Shown here: in pieces, positions 1 through 7,984 of the stretch
How positions within the stretch are numbered: the stretch's first letter is position 1
Layout: every line of letters begins with the position of its first letter
DNA from: a virus
Length of the DNA stretch: 64,000 nt
Virus record (IMG/VR): IMGVR_UViG_3300036987_000083
Location: 64,001-128,000 of that record
Strand: one strand, 5' to 3'
The notes under the pieces: generated by a model
What the model was told of the DNA's origin: nothing
Databases searched by the model: none
The model's input: only the letters and a program-made list of their open reading frames with translations
Translations under genes and position numbers: made by a program

Positions 1-2
1 CG

Positions 3-251
3 TTACCAGCCGATGATTTCGTCCGGCTCGACGCCCCTCTCGTGAATGAGGTACGCGAGCACGGCGCTTCTCACCTCATTGGACGCGGCCTCCTCGCTCT
101 CGAACTCCACGACGGGCCTGCCGCAGAGACTCGACTTCAGCTTTCTTGCGGTCAAATCCTGAATCCAGTGGAGCCACGCGGAGTCCTCGCGGCGAAAGCG
201 AATCGCGTAGGTGGTGCTTCCGTAACGAACGACTTCAGGGTTTTCACGCAC
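3..251 (-). CDS. hypothetical early protein (82 aa)
   Basis: GTG start with AAGGAG SD; downstream of 264-611 gene. Confidence 0.6.
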   Translation of the reverse strand: MRENPEVVRYGSTTYAIRFRREDSAWLHWIQDLTARKLKSSLCGRPVVEFESEEAASNEVRSAVLAYLIHERGVEPDEIIGW

Positions 252-263
252 GATGGCCGCTCC

Positions 264-611
264 TTACTTCTTCAGGAACTTCGTGGAGCCCTTGGGGAGC
301 GCGGGCGACTTGAACTTCTCGGCGTGATCACGCAGGGCGTTGTCGAGAGCTTCCATGAGCTGCTCGCGCATGAACTCTTTGGGCGCGCCCATGGAAATCA
401 GAGGCTGAATGGCGATGGTCATCAACGCGCGGAGCGTCCGGCGAGCGTGCGCCACGTTATTCATGGGGTCGTAACCCAGCAGGGCTGACAGCTTGGAGGC
501 CACCACCGGGCCAATGGAGTGCTGAATGCCGGTACGGGTGAGGGCGTTGTTGGTGCCCGTGTCCTGCCCCAAGTTGGCCTTGAACTTGTCGAACTTCGCG
601 AGTGCGCTCAT
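264..611 (-). CDS. hypothetical protein (115 aa), paralogue of 7248-7565
   Basis: Start re-set to ATG 611 after AAAGGAAACACA leader; track start 671 is the TTG of the -35 box. Confidence 0.75.
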   Translation of the reverse strand: MSALAKFDKFKANLGQDTGTNNALTRTGIQHSIGPVVASKLSALLGYDPMNNVAHARRTLRALMTIAIQPLISMGAPKEFMREQLMEALDNALRDHAEKFKSPALPKGSTKFLKK

Positions 612-773
612 TGTGTTTCCTTTCGACAGCGGGGTAGCACCCTTATACCGCGAAAGGTCTGCCGTTGTCAAGGGCTTCTTTGTCGGCCGGGGAACCTCCA
701 GCCCAGGTCGAGGCGTCCGGAAAACTCCCTATGGTGGGCGCGCTCTCCAGTCATCCTGGGGCTGCGTTTTCGT

Positions 774-983
774 CTACAGGAGCCCGCGCCGCATCGCTTC
801 GGCGGTCAATTCATCCACCGTAAATCGGTGCCTCACTAAGCTGCCATAGCGGTCGGCTCCCTCGCCGAGTCCCGGGCCTGGCGGCTCGGATAGGGACAGC
901 GCCACCAGCGCCCGAGCCGCTTGGCGCTCAGTGTACCCAGCCGCCAGCATCGCGTCCCACAGTACGGCCTCGGTGGGCGTCAC
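774..983 (-). CDS. hypothetical protein (69 aa)
   Basis: Last gene of a coupled 4-gene operon; GGAGAGAGG SD. Confidence 0.6.
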   Translation of the reverse strand: MTPTEAVLWDAMLAAGYTERQAARALVALSLSEPPGPGLGEGADRYGSLVRHRFTVDELTAEAMRRGLL

Positions 984-1207
984 AGCGTCACCTCTCTCCC
1001 TTCAAGCGCCGCATCACGAAGGACGGCGCATCTGGGGCATGTGGGGATGGTGGCGTGGAGGAGGTCGGCCGGTACAGTACCCCAACTGCCCAGCGCCGGA
1101 AGGTACTGGTTGTCACATGCAGCGACGTCGGACGGGAGTGACCTCCACTGAGCCCCCCTAAGAGCCGCCAAGCCCCGCACCGTCGCGTGCGTCAGTGGAA
1201 TGCTCAT
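980..1207 (-). CDS. small Zn-finger-like protein, paralogue 3 (75 aa)
   Basis: LTH..GL..ACD..TIPTCPRCAVLRDAALE motif shared with neighbours. Confidence 0.75.
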   Translation of the reverse strand: MSIPLTHATVRGLAALRGAQWRSLPSDVAACDNQYLPALGSWGTVPADLLHATIPTCPRCAVLRDAALEGREVTL

Positions 1208-1434
1208 GTCGTCATCCCCCGTCCCTCAAGCGCCGCGTCTCGCATTACAGCGCATTTGGGGCATGTAGGGATGGTGCTGGGGATACTCGACGCTGTTACG
1301 GTGTTTATAACGTCCTTCTTGCCGTCGCAGGCGCGAACCCACATCGGCAGGCGTTCATTGGCCACGACAAGGCCTTGCCCTCTCCTGATGTAGTCCAACC
1401 CCTGCACCGTCGCGTGCGTCAGTGGAATGTTCAT
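1204..1434 (-). CDS. small Zn-finger-like protein, paralogue 2 (76 aa)
   Basis: Start MNIPLTH at 1434; same motif; ATGA overlaps. Confidence 0.75.
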   Translation of the reverse strand: MNIPLTHATVQGLDYIRRGQGLVVANERLPMWVRACDGKKDVINTVTASSIPSTIPTCPKCAVMRDAALEGRGMTT

Positions 1435-1685
1435 CGTGCCACCTCCTGCACTTCGAGCGCCTCGTCTCGCATTACGGCGCACTTGGGGCAGGTGGGAACG
1501 GTGTCCGTGATTCGACACGCCATGACGAACGAGCCGAGTTGCGAGGAGCTGAGTGCTCTCACCCCATCGCAGGCGCGTACCCACTCGATGTCGGTCTGCA
1601 CGCCGCGCAGCCTTGCCAACCCCTTCAGCGACATGTGCGTCAAGCGGTGGTGGGAAGGAGCAACTGCGCTGTCCGGGGCGCTCAT
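1431..1685 (-). CDS. small Zn-finger-like protein, paralogue 1 (84 aa), leaderless
   Basis: ATG 6 nt below -10 TATAAG (1692-1697); same motif. Confidence 0.72.
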   Translation of the reverse strand: MSAPDSAVAPSHHRLTHMSLKGLARLRGVQTDIEWVRACDGVRALSSSQLGSFVMACRITDTVPTCPKCAVMRDEALEVQEVAR

Positions 1686-1856
1686 GAGGAGCTTATAGCA
1701 CTGTAAGCATGCTCCTGTCAAGCCTTAGATGCTAGTGAACGACAGAGCGGCCCAGGGCCCAAAATGGAATGCGCCGGACGTGACAAATGAAAATGGCCGG
1801 GAGCCCCGCAGCTCCCAGCCATTTCCACTCCACTCGAACTGAACATCGCCCCGCAG

Positions 1857-2207
1857 CTAGTTCAGCGAATGGATAAACCCGTCATCACCTACGAAAAGAG
1901 TAACCTCGTCGAAGTTGTCGCAGATGTCTGTCAGTGCTTCACCCCTGTCTCCCCAGTCACCGTCGAAAAATCCAGCGCCATGGCCATTCCTCGTGAGCCA
2001 AAAGTCGTGTCCGGCTTGCTCTGCCTCCGATTCGCCAATGAGTGCCGCCGCCTCTGCGAGGAACTTCTCGCAGTCCACCATCATTTGCTTCTTCAGCTCC
2101 CTTGTGAGGCTGCTGGGTCCATGAGTTGTGTCGAGGGGAATGTCGTTGTCTTGATGGGTCGAGGACCACAGAGCGCACTTGATGTATGCCGCAAGAAACG
2201 TCTCCAT
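1857..2207 (-). CDS. conserved phage hypothetical protein (GHDFWLTRNGHGAGF motif, 116 aa)
   Basis: Own promoter, AAAGGAG SD; motif recalled from phage hypotheticals, not searched. Confidence 0.8.
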   Translation of the reverse strand: METFLAAYIKCALWSSTHQDNDIPLDTTHGPSSLTRELKKQMMVDCEKFLAEAAALIGESEAEQAGHDFWLTRNGHGAGFFDGDWGDRGEALTDICDNFDEVTLFVGDDGFIHSLN

Positions 2208-2276
2208 GGTGTAGCTCCTTTCTCTCTGTTGATGGTCTAGTTATACGACAGATGACCTGCGACTGTCAAGTAGCAC

Positions 2277-2567
2277 CTAGTAGAGGTTCTCGGAGTAAAG
2301 CGTGCCACCGTTGACGGTATCTCCACCACAGCGCCGGAAAATTTGACCGGCGGCTTCGGCTATCTTCCATGCTTCAGTGCGCGTGTGGAAATTGCCGAAT
2401 TGGTCGATGAAGCCTGCGTCCCACGACCAATCTTCTTCGCTGGTTCTCCCTACTGCGGCGATTAGGTTCCGCATGGTCATGTCCATGTGTCTAGGGCCAG
2501 GAATGATTAGACCACTACGTCCACGGTTGGCAGCGCAGACGATTCTGGGCGAGGCTCTGTTGCTCAT
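2277..2567 (-). CDS. conserved phage hypothetical protein (IVCAA..GPRH..GFIDQ..LYSENLY, 96 aa), leaderless
   Basis: ATG 6 nt below -10; phage-type motif set. Confidence 0.8.
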   Translation of the reverse strand: MSNRASPRIVCAANRGRSGLIIPGPRHMDMTMRNLIAAVGRTSEEDWSWDAGFIDQFGNFHTRTEAWKIAEAAGQIFRRCGGDTVNGGTLYSENLY

Positions 2568-2674
2568 GGCCGGACTTTACCACTGGTGACTGTCTTGGTC
2601 AAGAGACGGGTGGGGCGACCACATGGTCGCTTGCGTCGAAGTGGAGGATGCAGTGGGAGTTTTCCTGCCAGGAC

Positions 2675-2716
2675 AAAAAAACCAGGGCGCGTCAGGCCCC
2701 GCAACCTGACGCGCCC
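2675..2716 (-). terminator. intrinsic terminator after ADP-ribosylglycohydrolase
   Basis: 12-bp stem GGGCGCGTCAGG/CCTGACGCGCCC plus U-tract; similar hairpins end most early cassettes (about 5030, 7195, 7933, 8969, 10369, 11120, 13466, 15399, 16018, 16764, 17757, 18786, 19915). Confidence 0.85.
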
Positions 2717-2725
2717 CCTCTGTGC

Positions 2726-3817
2726 TTACCGCGTCTTATCGCAGCGAATGCAGTAGGACTGGCCGCGATGGTTGTCCCAGCGGTGGTTGCAGCTCTCCTG
2801 CCGCGCTTGCGTCGCTTCCTTGCTGTAGAACTTGCGTGAGTCCTTGTCCGCGTTCCTATCGAACTCAGAGTCCAGCGCCCCCTCGTGCTCCGCGATGTTG
2901 GAGCAGTTGAGCAGCAATTCCGCGTGGCGCTCCAGCCCTGTGGCCTGAAACTCGTCAGGGCGATGCACCTTTGCGAGCGCGACCGTATGCACCCACTTGG
3001 CGGGAATCCGCCTCATGCCGTGGAAGGCCCCGAGGAGCGCCCCGACAATGCAGCCGTTGGTGTCCGCGTCCCCGCCGCGCATCACGGTGTTCACCACGCC
3101 TTCCTCGAAGGTGGGAGTGCTGAGGAGGTGGTGGAACGCGAGGCGGAAGGCCAGCCGGACATGACCCCCGCCGGTAAACCCGAGGTCGCCCGCCTCCGCG
3201 CGGTTCAAGTCTTCGAGGCATTCCGTCGCCCCGATGAGGGTTGCCCCTCGCTTGGCGAAGTCGAACACCTCCCGCGCAGTACGACCCGGGAGCCGGATGC
3301 ACCGCGCGATGGTGGCCACGAAGATGCCGCTGGCGTCCTGACACACCTTCGCCGGGTGAGTAAGCGATGCGTCCAGCCTGCCCAGCTTCGCCGCCTCCAG
3401 CGGGTGGAGCTTCCAAGCGAAGACCCCCAGCGGGCTGACACGCATCAGCGCCCCGTTGGCCTCCGTGGTGGAGTTGGGGTGATTCCCCCGAAGCGCCTGA
3501 CTCGTCGCACACCCCATGTCGATGGGGTGCGAGTTGGCCCACCGCTGGTAAGCCTCGAAGACCTTGGTGGAATCGTAGCAGCCCTCCCTCCCGAGGGAGC
3601 CCGCGAGCGCCATGGCCATCTCGGTGTCGTCCGTCACCTGCCCCGGTACGACACGGAAAGCCCCGCCGCCGACGATTTCGCGGAGCCCCTCCGGGTAGAG
3701 GCGCCGGCACTCAGACTCACCCTTGAATTCCAGCGTGGTTCCGAGGGCATCGCCCGTGGCTTGCCCATAGAGGGCTCCGAGGGCTCGAAAATACTGGGTG
3801 TCGTTTGCGGGGCTCAT
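2726..3817 (-). CDS. ADP-ribosylglycohydrolase (ARH/DraG family, 363 aa), leaderless, short C-terminal Cys/His finger
   Basis: GQATGDALG, TDDTEM, ANGALMR, GGDADTNGCIVGALLGA motifs; start MSPAND 6 nt below -10. Confidence 0.92.
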   Translation of the reverse strand: MSPANDTQYFRALGALYGQATGDALGTTLEFKGESECRRLYPEGLREIVGGGAFRVVPGQVTDDTEMAMALAGSLGREGCYDSTKVFEAYQRWANSHPIDMGCATSQALRGNHPNSTTEANGALMRVSPLGVFAWKLHPLEAAKLGRLDASLTHPAKVCQDASGIFVATIARCIRLPGRTAREVFDFAKRGATLIGATECLEDLNRAEAGDLGFTGGGHVRLAFRLAFHHLLSTPTFEEGVVNTVMRGGDADTNGCIVGALLGAFHGMRRIPAKWVHTVALAKVHRPDEFQATGLERHAELLLNCSNIAEHEGALDSEFDRNADKDSRKFYSKEATQARQESCNHRWDNHRGQSYCIRCDKTR

Positions 3818-3849
3818 GGTGTCCTTATACCTGAAGTTGACTGCTGTTG

Positions 3850-4065
3850 TCAAGCACCACCGGCTGCGGGTTTGAGTCTCACCCCTTCGGGCCCCAGCAG
3901 CTCATTCACGAGCTGCATTTCTTCATGGGTGATGCTGTAGACTTTCGCGGAGGTACACCAGCTCCCGTAGTCCATGGAACACTCAGGAAGAAGCCCGCGC
4001 ACCTGACTGATGGCTTTCGGGGAGTTCGGGTAAACGATGCAGTCAATGAGTTCTGACGCGGGCAT
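3850..4065 (-). CDS. hypothetical protein (71 aa), leaderless
   Basis: ATG 5 nt below -10 TACAAG; TGA stop inside next TTGACA. Confidence 0.6.
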   Translation of the reverse strand: MPASELIDCIVYPNSPKAISQVRGLLPECSMDYGSWCTSAKVYSITHEEMQLVNELLGPEGVRLKPAAGGA

Positions 4066-4181
4066 GGCTTCTTGTAGCACCAGGAGACTGCCGATGTCAA
4101 GCCTTAAGTAGTGGAGGATGCTGTGGGAGTTTTCCGTGCGGCGGGGACCTGGCGGCTTCGTAGCCACCTGGCCCTCCGAGG

Positions 4182-4469
4182 TTACTTCTCTACCACGTAG
4201 ACGCTCCACCAGAGAGCCTTGGGGTCGAGGCGCGCCGCGCCGGGATCCACGAGTGTGGATGTGCCGACGCGCAACTCCTCCCCCTTATCGAAGGGCTGCG
4301 TCTGGGCCCACTCGTGAGTCTGCCGGGTCAGCTCGTGGAAGCTCGCCACTTTCGCGCCCCGCTTGGGGTCTGGCGTCCAGTCGAACTTGAAGGCGTGCGT
4401 GGACCCGTGGGCGTCGAGCACGATGACACTGGCGACAGCGATGGGGGAGGTTTGGGGCTTGGGGTTCAC
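4182..4469 (-). CDS. hypothetical protein (95 aa)
   Basis: GTG start with AAAGGAAACACC leader. Confidence 0.65.
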   Translation of the reverse strand: MNPKPQTSPIAVASVIVLDAHGSTHAFKFDWTPDPKRGAKVASFHELTRQTHEWAQTQPFDKGEELRVGTSTLVDPGAARLDPKALWWSVYVVEK

Positions 4470-4542
4470 GGTGTTTCCTTTCCACTGCCCTAAGCCCGCT
4501 CCCCGGTACGCTGGGAAGCGGGCGGGGCGTCCATGTGGTCGC

Positions 4543-4857
4543 TTAGGCCGTCTTCTTCATCGGCTTCTGGAACTTCGCGTAACGGGCCTCCGCGCGCTTC
4601 ATGAGCCACGTCGTTCCGAAGTTGGTGGCCTCGAAGGTGCTCCGGTCGATGGTTTCGTCGAGGAGAGCGCGAATGTGCTTGCAGGTGTCCTTGAAGCCGT
4701 CGTGCTCCTTCGTGCCCTTCTTGTAGATCCACGACTTGCAGGAGCAGCCGAGGTAGCCCGTAGTGCGGAGCGCCACGACGTACTTCTCGGTCGGGTTGGT
4801 GCTGCTCCGAATGGCTCCGATTCGATTCCAGCCGTTCGTACTCGCCTTGTCGTCCAT
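4543..4857 (-). CDS. SWIM zinc-finger protein (104 aa)
   Basis: CSCKSW...CKHI = SWIM CxC..CxH; leader AAAGGAAACGAACC. Confidence 0.8.
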   Translation of the reverse strand: MDDKASTNGWNRIGAIRSSTNPTEKYVVALRTTGYLGCSCKSWIYKKGTKEHDGFKDTCKHIRALLDETIDRSTFEATNFGTTWLMKRAEARYAKFQKPMKKTA

Positions 4858-5094
4858 GGTTCGTTTCCTTTCCAGCGGGGGTTGGACTGCCAGCCATGTA
4901 TACCGCGAATGACGTGCTCTTGTCGAGCTTTTTGTTTGTCCCAAATGAAAATAAACGGCAGGGCATTTGCATAATGCGGCAGGACTAGGGTACGGAAAAC
5001 TCCCGTCTCAGGGCCTGGCCCTGGGCGTGAAGAAGCCCGCCCCTCGTTGGAAGGGCGGGCTGGGCGTTTCCACTGAGCTAGTCGTTGATGCCTG

Positions 5095-5313
5095 TCACGC
5101 GGCCTGTGCGAGCTTCGGAAGCCTCGCGGCGCACCTCGCCCTGATGGAGTCCGCCGCGACACCCGCCATGTCGCACACCTCCTCGAAGTCGGCGGACTGG
5201 TCCTCGTCGAAAATCCACGAGCGCGCCTCCTCGTAGACCTCAGGCTTCTTGCCTGAGAGGTCTTCCATCGCCGCCAGCACGACTGCCATCCACAGCGTTC
5301 GTTCCCGTTCCAT
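5095..5313 (-). CDS. hypothetical protein (72 aa)
   Basis: MERERTLW..DFEEVCDMAG; own promoter and GGAG SD. Confidence 0.7.
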   Translation of the reverse strand: MERERTLWMAVVLAAMEDLSGKKPEVYEEARSWIFDEDQSADFEEVCDMAGVAADSIRARCAARLPKLAQAA

Positions 5314-5377
5314 GTGCGCTCCGTGGGGTGTTGCGAGGTTCGAGCAATATACCTCAGAAGCCCTGCCGTTGTCAAGC

Positions 5378-5590
5378 TCAGAAGGGGTTGAGCGTGAAGC
5401 CCGTTGCCTTGATTTCTTCGGGCGTGGCCCCGGCCCTGATTGCGCCGTCATGCAGCAAGCGGAGCATTTCCAGCCAACTGTCTCGGTTCCAGCCTGGAGG
5501 GAGCCCCCGAGGCTGGTTGCGTAGGGTGTTGAGGGCCCGCTGCTTCGCGGCCTTCATCAGGAATGCAGTCACTTCATCCTGCTTGGACAC
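5378..5590 (-). CDS. hypothetical protein (70 aa)
   Basis: GTG start with AGGAG SD; operon with 5614-5844. Confidence 0.6.
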   Translation of the reverse strand: MSKQDEVTAFLMKAAKQRALNTLRNQPRGLPPGWNRDSWLEMLRLLHDGAIRAGATPEEIKATGFTLNPF

Positions 5591-5613
5591 GCGCCGCTCC
5601 TGTTGCTAAGCAG

Positions 5614-5844
5614 CTAGGGCTTGCGCGCCATCGTTCGCAGGAACGAAGCGGGCACCACCACGGGGTCGCTGTCACTCGTGAATCCGCGAGTCTCCAAGTA
5701 CGAGCACATCTTTTCCTTCGCCCGAGCCTCGTCAGTGGCGCTGATAACCTTCACGAGAGTATGAATGTCCGCGCAGCACTCCCCCATGTAGCCGGAGGCG
5801 ATGAGAAACTTGCGGAGCGTCTTCTTGGTCTTGGGGTTGGCCAT
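5614..5844 (-). CDS. hypothetical protein (76 aa), probably leaderless
   Basis: Promoter directly upstream. Confidence 0.7.
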   Translation of the reverse strand: MANPKTKKTLRKFLIASGYMGECCADIHTLVKVISATDEARAKEKMCSYLETRGFTSDSDPVVVPASFLRTMARKP

Positions 5845-5886
5845 GGGGGATACTACTAGCAGGGTTGGTCTGCCGTTGTCAAGCCC

Positions 5887-6093
5887 TTATCTGCCCTTGC
5901 GTCCATTCTTCTTGCGCTGGCGCTCGGCCTTCTTGCGCTTGCGAGCCTCTGCCGTGGCCTCGAAAGGCTTAGTGTGGTGAAGGGGCTGGCGCATGGCCTT
6001 CCAGCCGTCGTGCCGCTCGGTGTAATGGGGAGAGGGGGAGCTGAGGGCCGTGCCAATCATGGTGGCGACTGCAAGAGCGTTCGGAGAGGTCAT
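5887..6093 (-). CDS. basic hypothetical protein (68 aa), leaderless
   Basis: ATG 6 nt below -10; Lys/Arg-rich tail. Confidence 0.65.
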   Translation of the reverse strand: MTSPNALAVATMIGTALSSPSPHYTERHDGWKAMRQPLHHTKPFEATAEARKRKKAERQRKKNGRKGR

Positions 6094-6176
6094 TCCACCA
6101 GTCTACCCCAAGAGCCCTGCCGTTGTCAAGAGTGGAACCTGGCGGGAGTTTTCCAACCCGCCCTGGCCGTTTGCAC

Positions 6177-6210
6177 AAAAAAAACCCACCGACCTTTCGG
6201 CCGATGGGTT
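6177..6210 (-). terminator. strong intrinsic terminator ending the pseudoknot transcript
   Basis: ACCCATCGGCC-GAAA-GGTCGGTGGGT followed by T8. Confidence 0.85.
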
Positions 6211-6228
6211 TGTTTGTTTGGTAGTGAA

Positions 6229-6259
6229 GCGCCGAAGTTATAGGGTCAGCGCGGCCCTA
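6229..6259 (-). ncRNA. H-type pseudoknot copy B
   Basis: UAGGG-CC-GCGCUGA-CCCUA-UAACU-UCGGCGC; S1 5 bp, S2 7 bp with one U.G wobble. Confidence 0.7.
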
Positions 6260-6274
6260 AGTACGCTCAAGCAT
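6257..6274 (-). CDS. minigene MLERT*
   Basis: GGGGAG SD 7 nt upstream; UAG stop is 5' strand of pseudoknot B. Confidence 0.5.
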   Translation of the reverse strand: MLERT

Positions 6275-6351
6275 GGTGGCTCTCCCCGCCTTTTTATTCA
6301 TTCAGTGTTTTTTCCAGAGTATGGGTACTCCTCACGTTCTGTTGAGTGAGG

Positions 6352-6379
6352 CCCGGAAGTTATAGGGTCCGGGGCCCTA
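6352..6379 (-). ncRNA. H-type pseudoknot copy A
   Basis: UAGGG-C-CCCGGA-CCCUA-UAACU-UCCGGG; S2 covaries with copy B. Confidence 0.7.
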
Positions 6380-6403
6380 CCGTAAACCCAATGTGCCTGT
6401 CAT
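6377..6403 (-). CDS. minigene MTGTLGLR*
   Basis: GAGG SD; UAG stop is 5' strand of pseudoknot A. Confidence 0.45.
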   Translation of the reverse strand: MTGTLGLR

Positions 6404-6480
6404 TTGCCCTCGGGCGGTTAGAGAAGTTGTTTGACTGCCTTGCTGCTTTCGGTTTCAGCGAGCCCCCCGGCCGTGCCGTG

Positions 6481-6678
6481 TCAAACCAGCACTGAGCCGG
6501 TGTCGGCGGAGCCGACCAGAAACTCGCCCACATCCACCGGGCCGTACTCGTCGAGGACGCCCGGCGTTGACAGCGCCGTCTCCATCAGCGCGTCGAGGGC
6601 GGTAGCCACCGACTCGGCATCAGTCTTCGAGTCGTCGTACTCGACCGCAAAATACAGCCTCGCCGTCTTCTTCGCCAT
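6481..6678 (-). CDS. acidic hypothetical protein (65 aa)
   Basis: AGGAG SD, own promoter. Confidence 0.7.
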   Translation of the reverse strand: MAKKTARLYFAVEYDDSKTDAESVATALDALMETALSTPGVLDEYGPVDVGEFLVGSADTGSVLV

Positions 6679-6739
6679 GGTGCTTCTCCTTTTCCTCTTG
6701 AATCTCTTTTACTACGGGTGGCAGCCCCTTGTCAAGTAC

Positions 6740-7027
6740 CTACTCGTCGCGGACGACGGTAACGAAGTCCGCCCTGTAGATTTCGCAGGAGAGCGGGTAG
6801 GCGTTCCCCTCGGGGGAGGGCGTGCCGTTCAGCGTCTGGGCGACGCGCTCCAAGATGGTGGCCAGCGCCTCCACCTTGCCGCGCTCCTCGCTCCCCTCAG
6901 GGAGAACACAGGCCGCGTTGCGCATGGCGTCCGCCCCGCGCAGCGCCGCACCATACGCCTTGGTGAGTTCGCGGGCACCGTGCATCATGGCGATTCGGTT
7001 CCGGGCGTTCATCGTCGGCTTCGTCAT
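6740..7027 (-). CDS. hypothetical protein (95 aa)
   Basis: Conserved CCCCGCAGTCGAAAGGAACACC leader. Confidence 0.7.
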   Translation of the reverse strand: MTKPTMNARNRIAMMHGARELTKAYGAALRGADAMRNAACVLPEGSEERGKVEALATILERVAQTLNGTPSPEGNAYPLSCEIYRADFVTVVRDE

Positions 7028-7247
7028 GGGGTGTTCCTTTCGACTGCGGGGTGCGCCAGTAATACCATGTTGACCCTGCGATGGTCAAGGTATTTGAAGC
7101 GCCCAAAGAAAATAAATGGCAGGGCATTTGCACAGCCTGCTATTTCCAGGCCATAGGGGGAAGGAAAACTCCCGATTCAGGGGACCTGGCACAAGAAAAA
7201 GCCCGCTGACCCTGAGGGGCCAGCGGGCGGGGCGACCATGTGGACGC

Positions 7248-7565
7248 TTAGCTGGGGAGGACGGGGGAGGGCATCGTGGCCCCCTGCTCCTTTGCTACCT
7301 CGGCGCGCTCCTTCAGCTCGTTGGTGAGGGCGACGCCGCACTCCGCGAAAATCTCGTTGGGGTGAAGCCCCACGTCGAGCGCCAGCTTCATGCCGATGGT
7401 GACGACGGCGCGGAAGGCGCGCCGCGCGTTGTCCTTCTGCGTCAGCACGAGGCCCGGAACGGCCGCGAGGGCGGCGCTCACCGTGGGGAGAATGGCGAGC
7501 ATGATGCCCGTGCGGGTGAGGTGCTTCTCGGGGGCGGGAGCGGGAATCTGGAGGAGGTCGGACAC
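7248..7565 (-). CDS. hypothetical protein (105 aa), paralogue of 264-611
   Basis: GTG start after conserved leader; ARRAFRAVVTIG vs ARRTLRALMTIA. Confidence 0.7.
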   Translation of the reverse strand: MSDLLQIPAPAPEKHLTRTGIMLAILPTVSAALAAVPGLVLTQKDNARRAFRAVVTIGMKLALDVGLHPNEIFAECGVALTNELKERAEVAKEQGATMPSPVLPS

Positions 7566-7742
7566 GGGGTGTTCCTTTCGACTGCGGGTGTGCCCCACTA
7601 ATACCACGTTAGGCAATCAATGGTCAAGGTATTTGTTTCGACCGAATGAAGATAGCTGGCACGCGAAATGATTTCCAGGATTACGCTGGACAATGAGTTG
7701 CCCATGTCCTGCATGCGGGAGGGAGGGAAAACTCCCCGCAGC

Positions 7743-7886
7743 CTACTGGAGCCAGCGCCAGATGTGGCCGCCGAGTTCCCAGCCGATGCGACCGATGATG
7801 GCGAGAGCCACCACTTCGCTCAGGACGATGAGGGCAAAGGTGCTGAGGTCTGGGTTGTCGAAGGGGTCTTCTTCTTCTTGTCGCAT
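7743..7886 (-). CDS. putative small membrane protein (47 aa)
   Basis: MRQEEEDPFDNPDLSTFALIVLSEVVALAIIGRIGWELGGHIWRWLQ; flanked by two 11-bp boxes; no clear SD. Confidence 0.4.
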   Translation of the reverse strand: MRQEEEDPFDNPDLSTFALIVLSEVVALAIIGRIGWELGGHIWRWLQ

Positions 7887-7984
7887 AGGAGTTTTCCCTA
7901 CCACACCTTACCCGGACCTGGGGTCGAGCACAAAGAAAACCGGGCACCTATCGAGTGCCCGGTTTCCACCGCGTGGGTTGGATG

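Noticed and set aside
719-729. Similarity of GGGAGTTTTCC to eukaryotic NF-kB sites
   Set aside because: Coincidental; the context is a bacteriophage with bacterial promoters
3868-3890. T-loop-like GGGTTTGAGTCTC as possible tRNA
   Set aside because: No acceptor, D or anticodon arms; lies within a coding region
6229-6403. Pistol/twister/HDV ribozyme or preQ1 riboswitch for the pseudoknots
   Set aside because: Only the TAGGG/CCCTA pairing is reminiscent; the other conserved core elements are absent by eye
6257-6403. Genome-wide TAG recoding as explanation for UAG-ended minigenes
   Set aside because: TAG clearly terminates many normal genes here (e.g. 23539, 35010, 35757, 60980)
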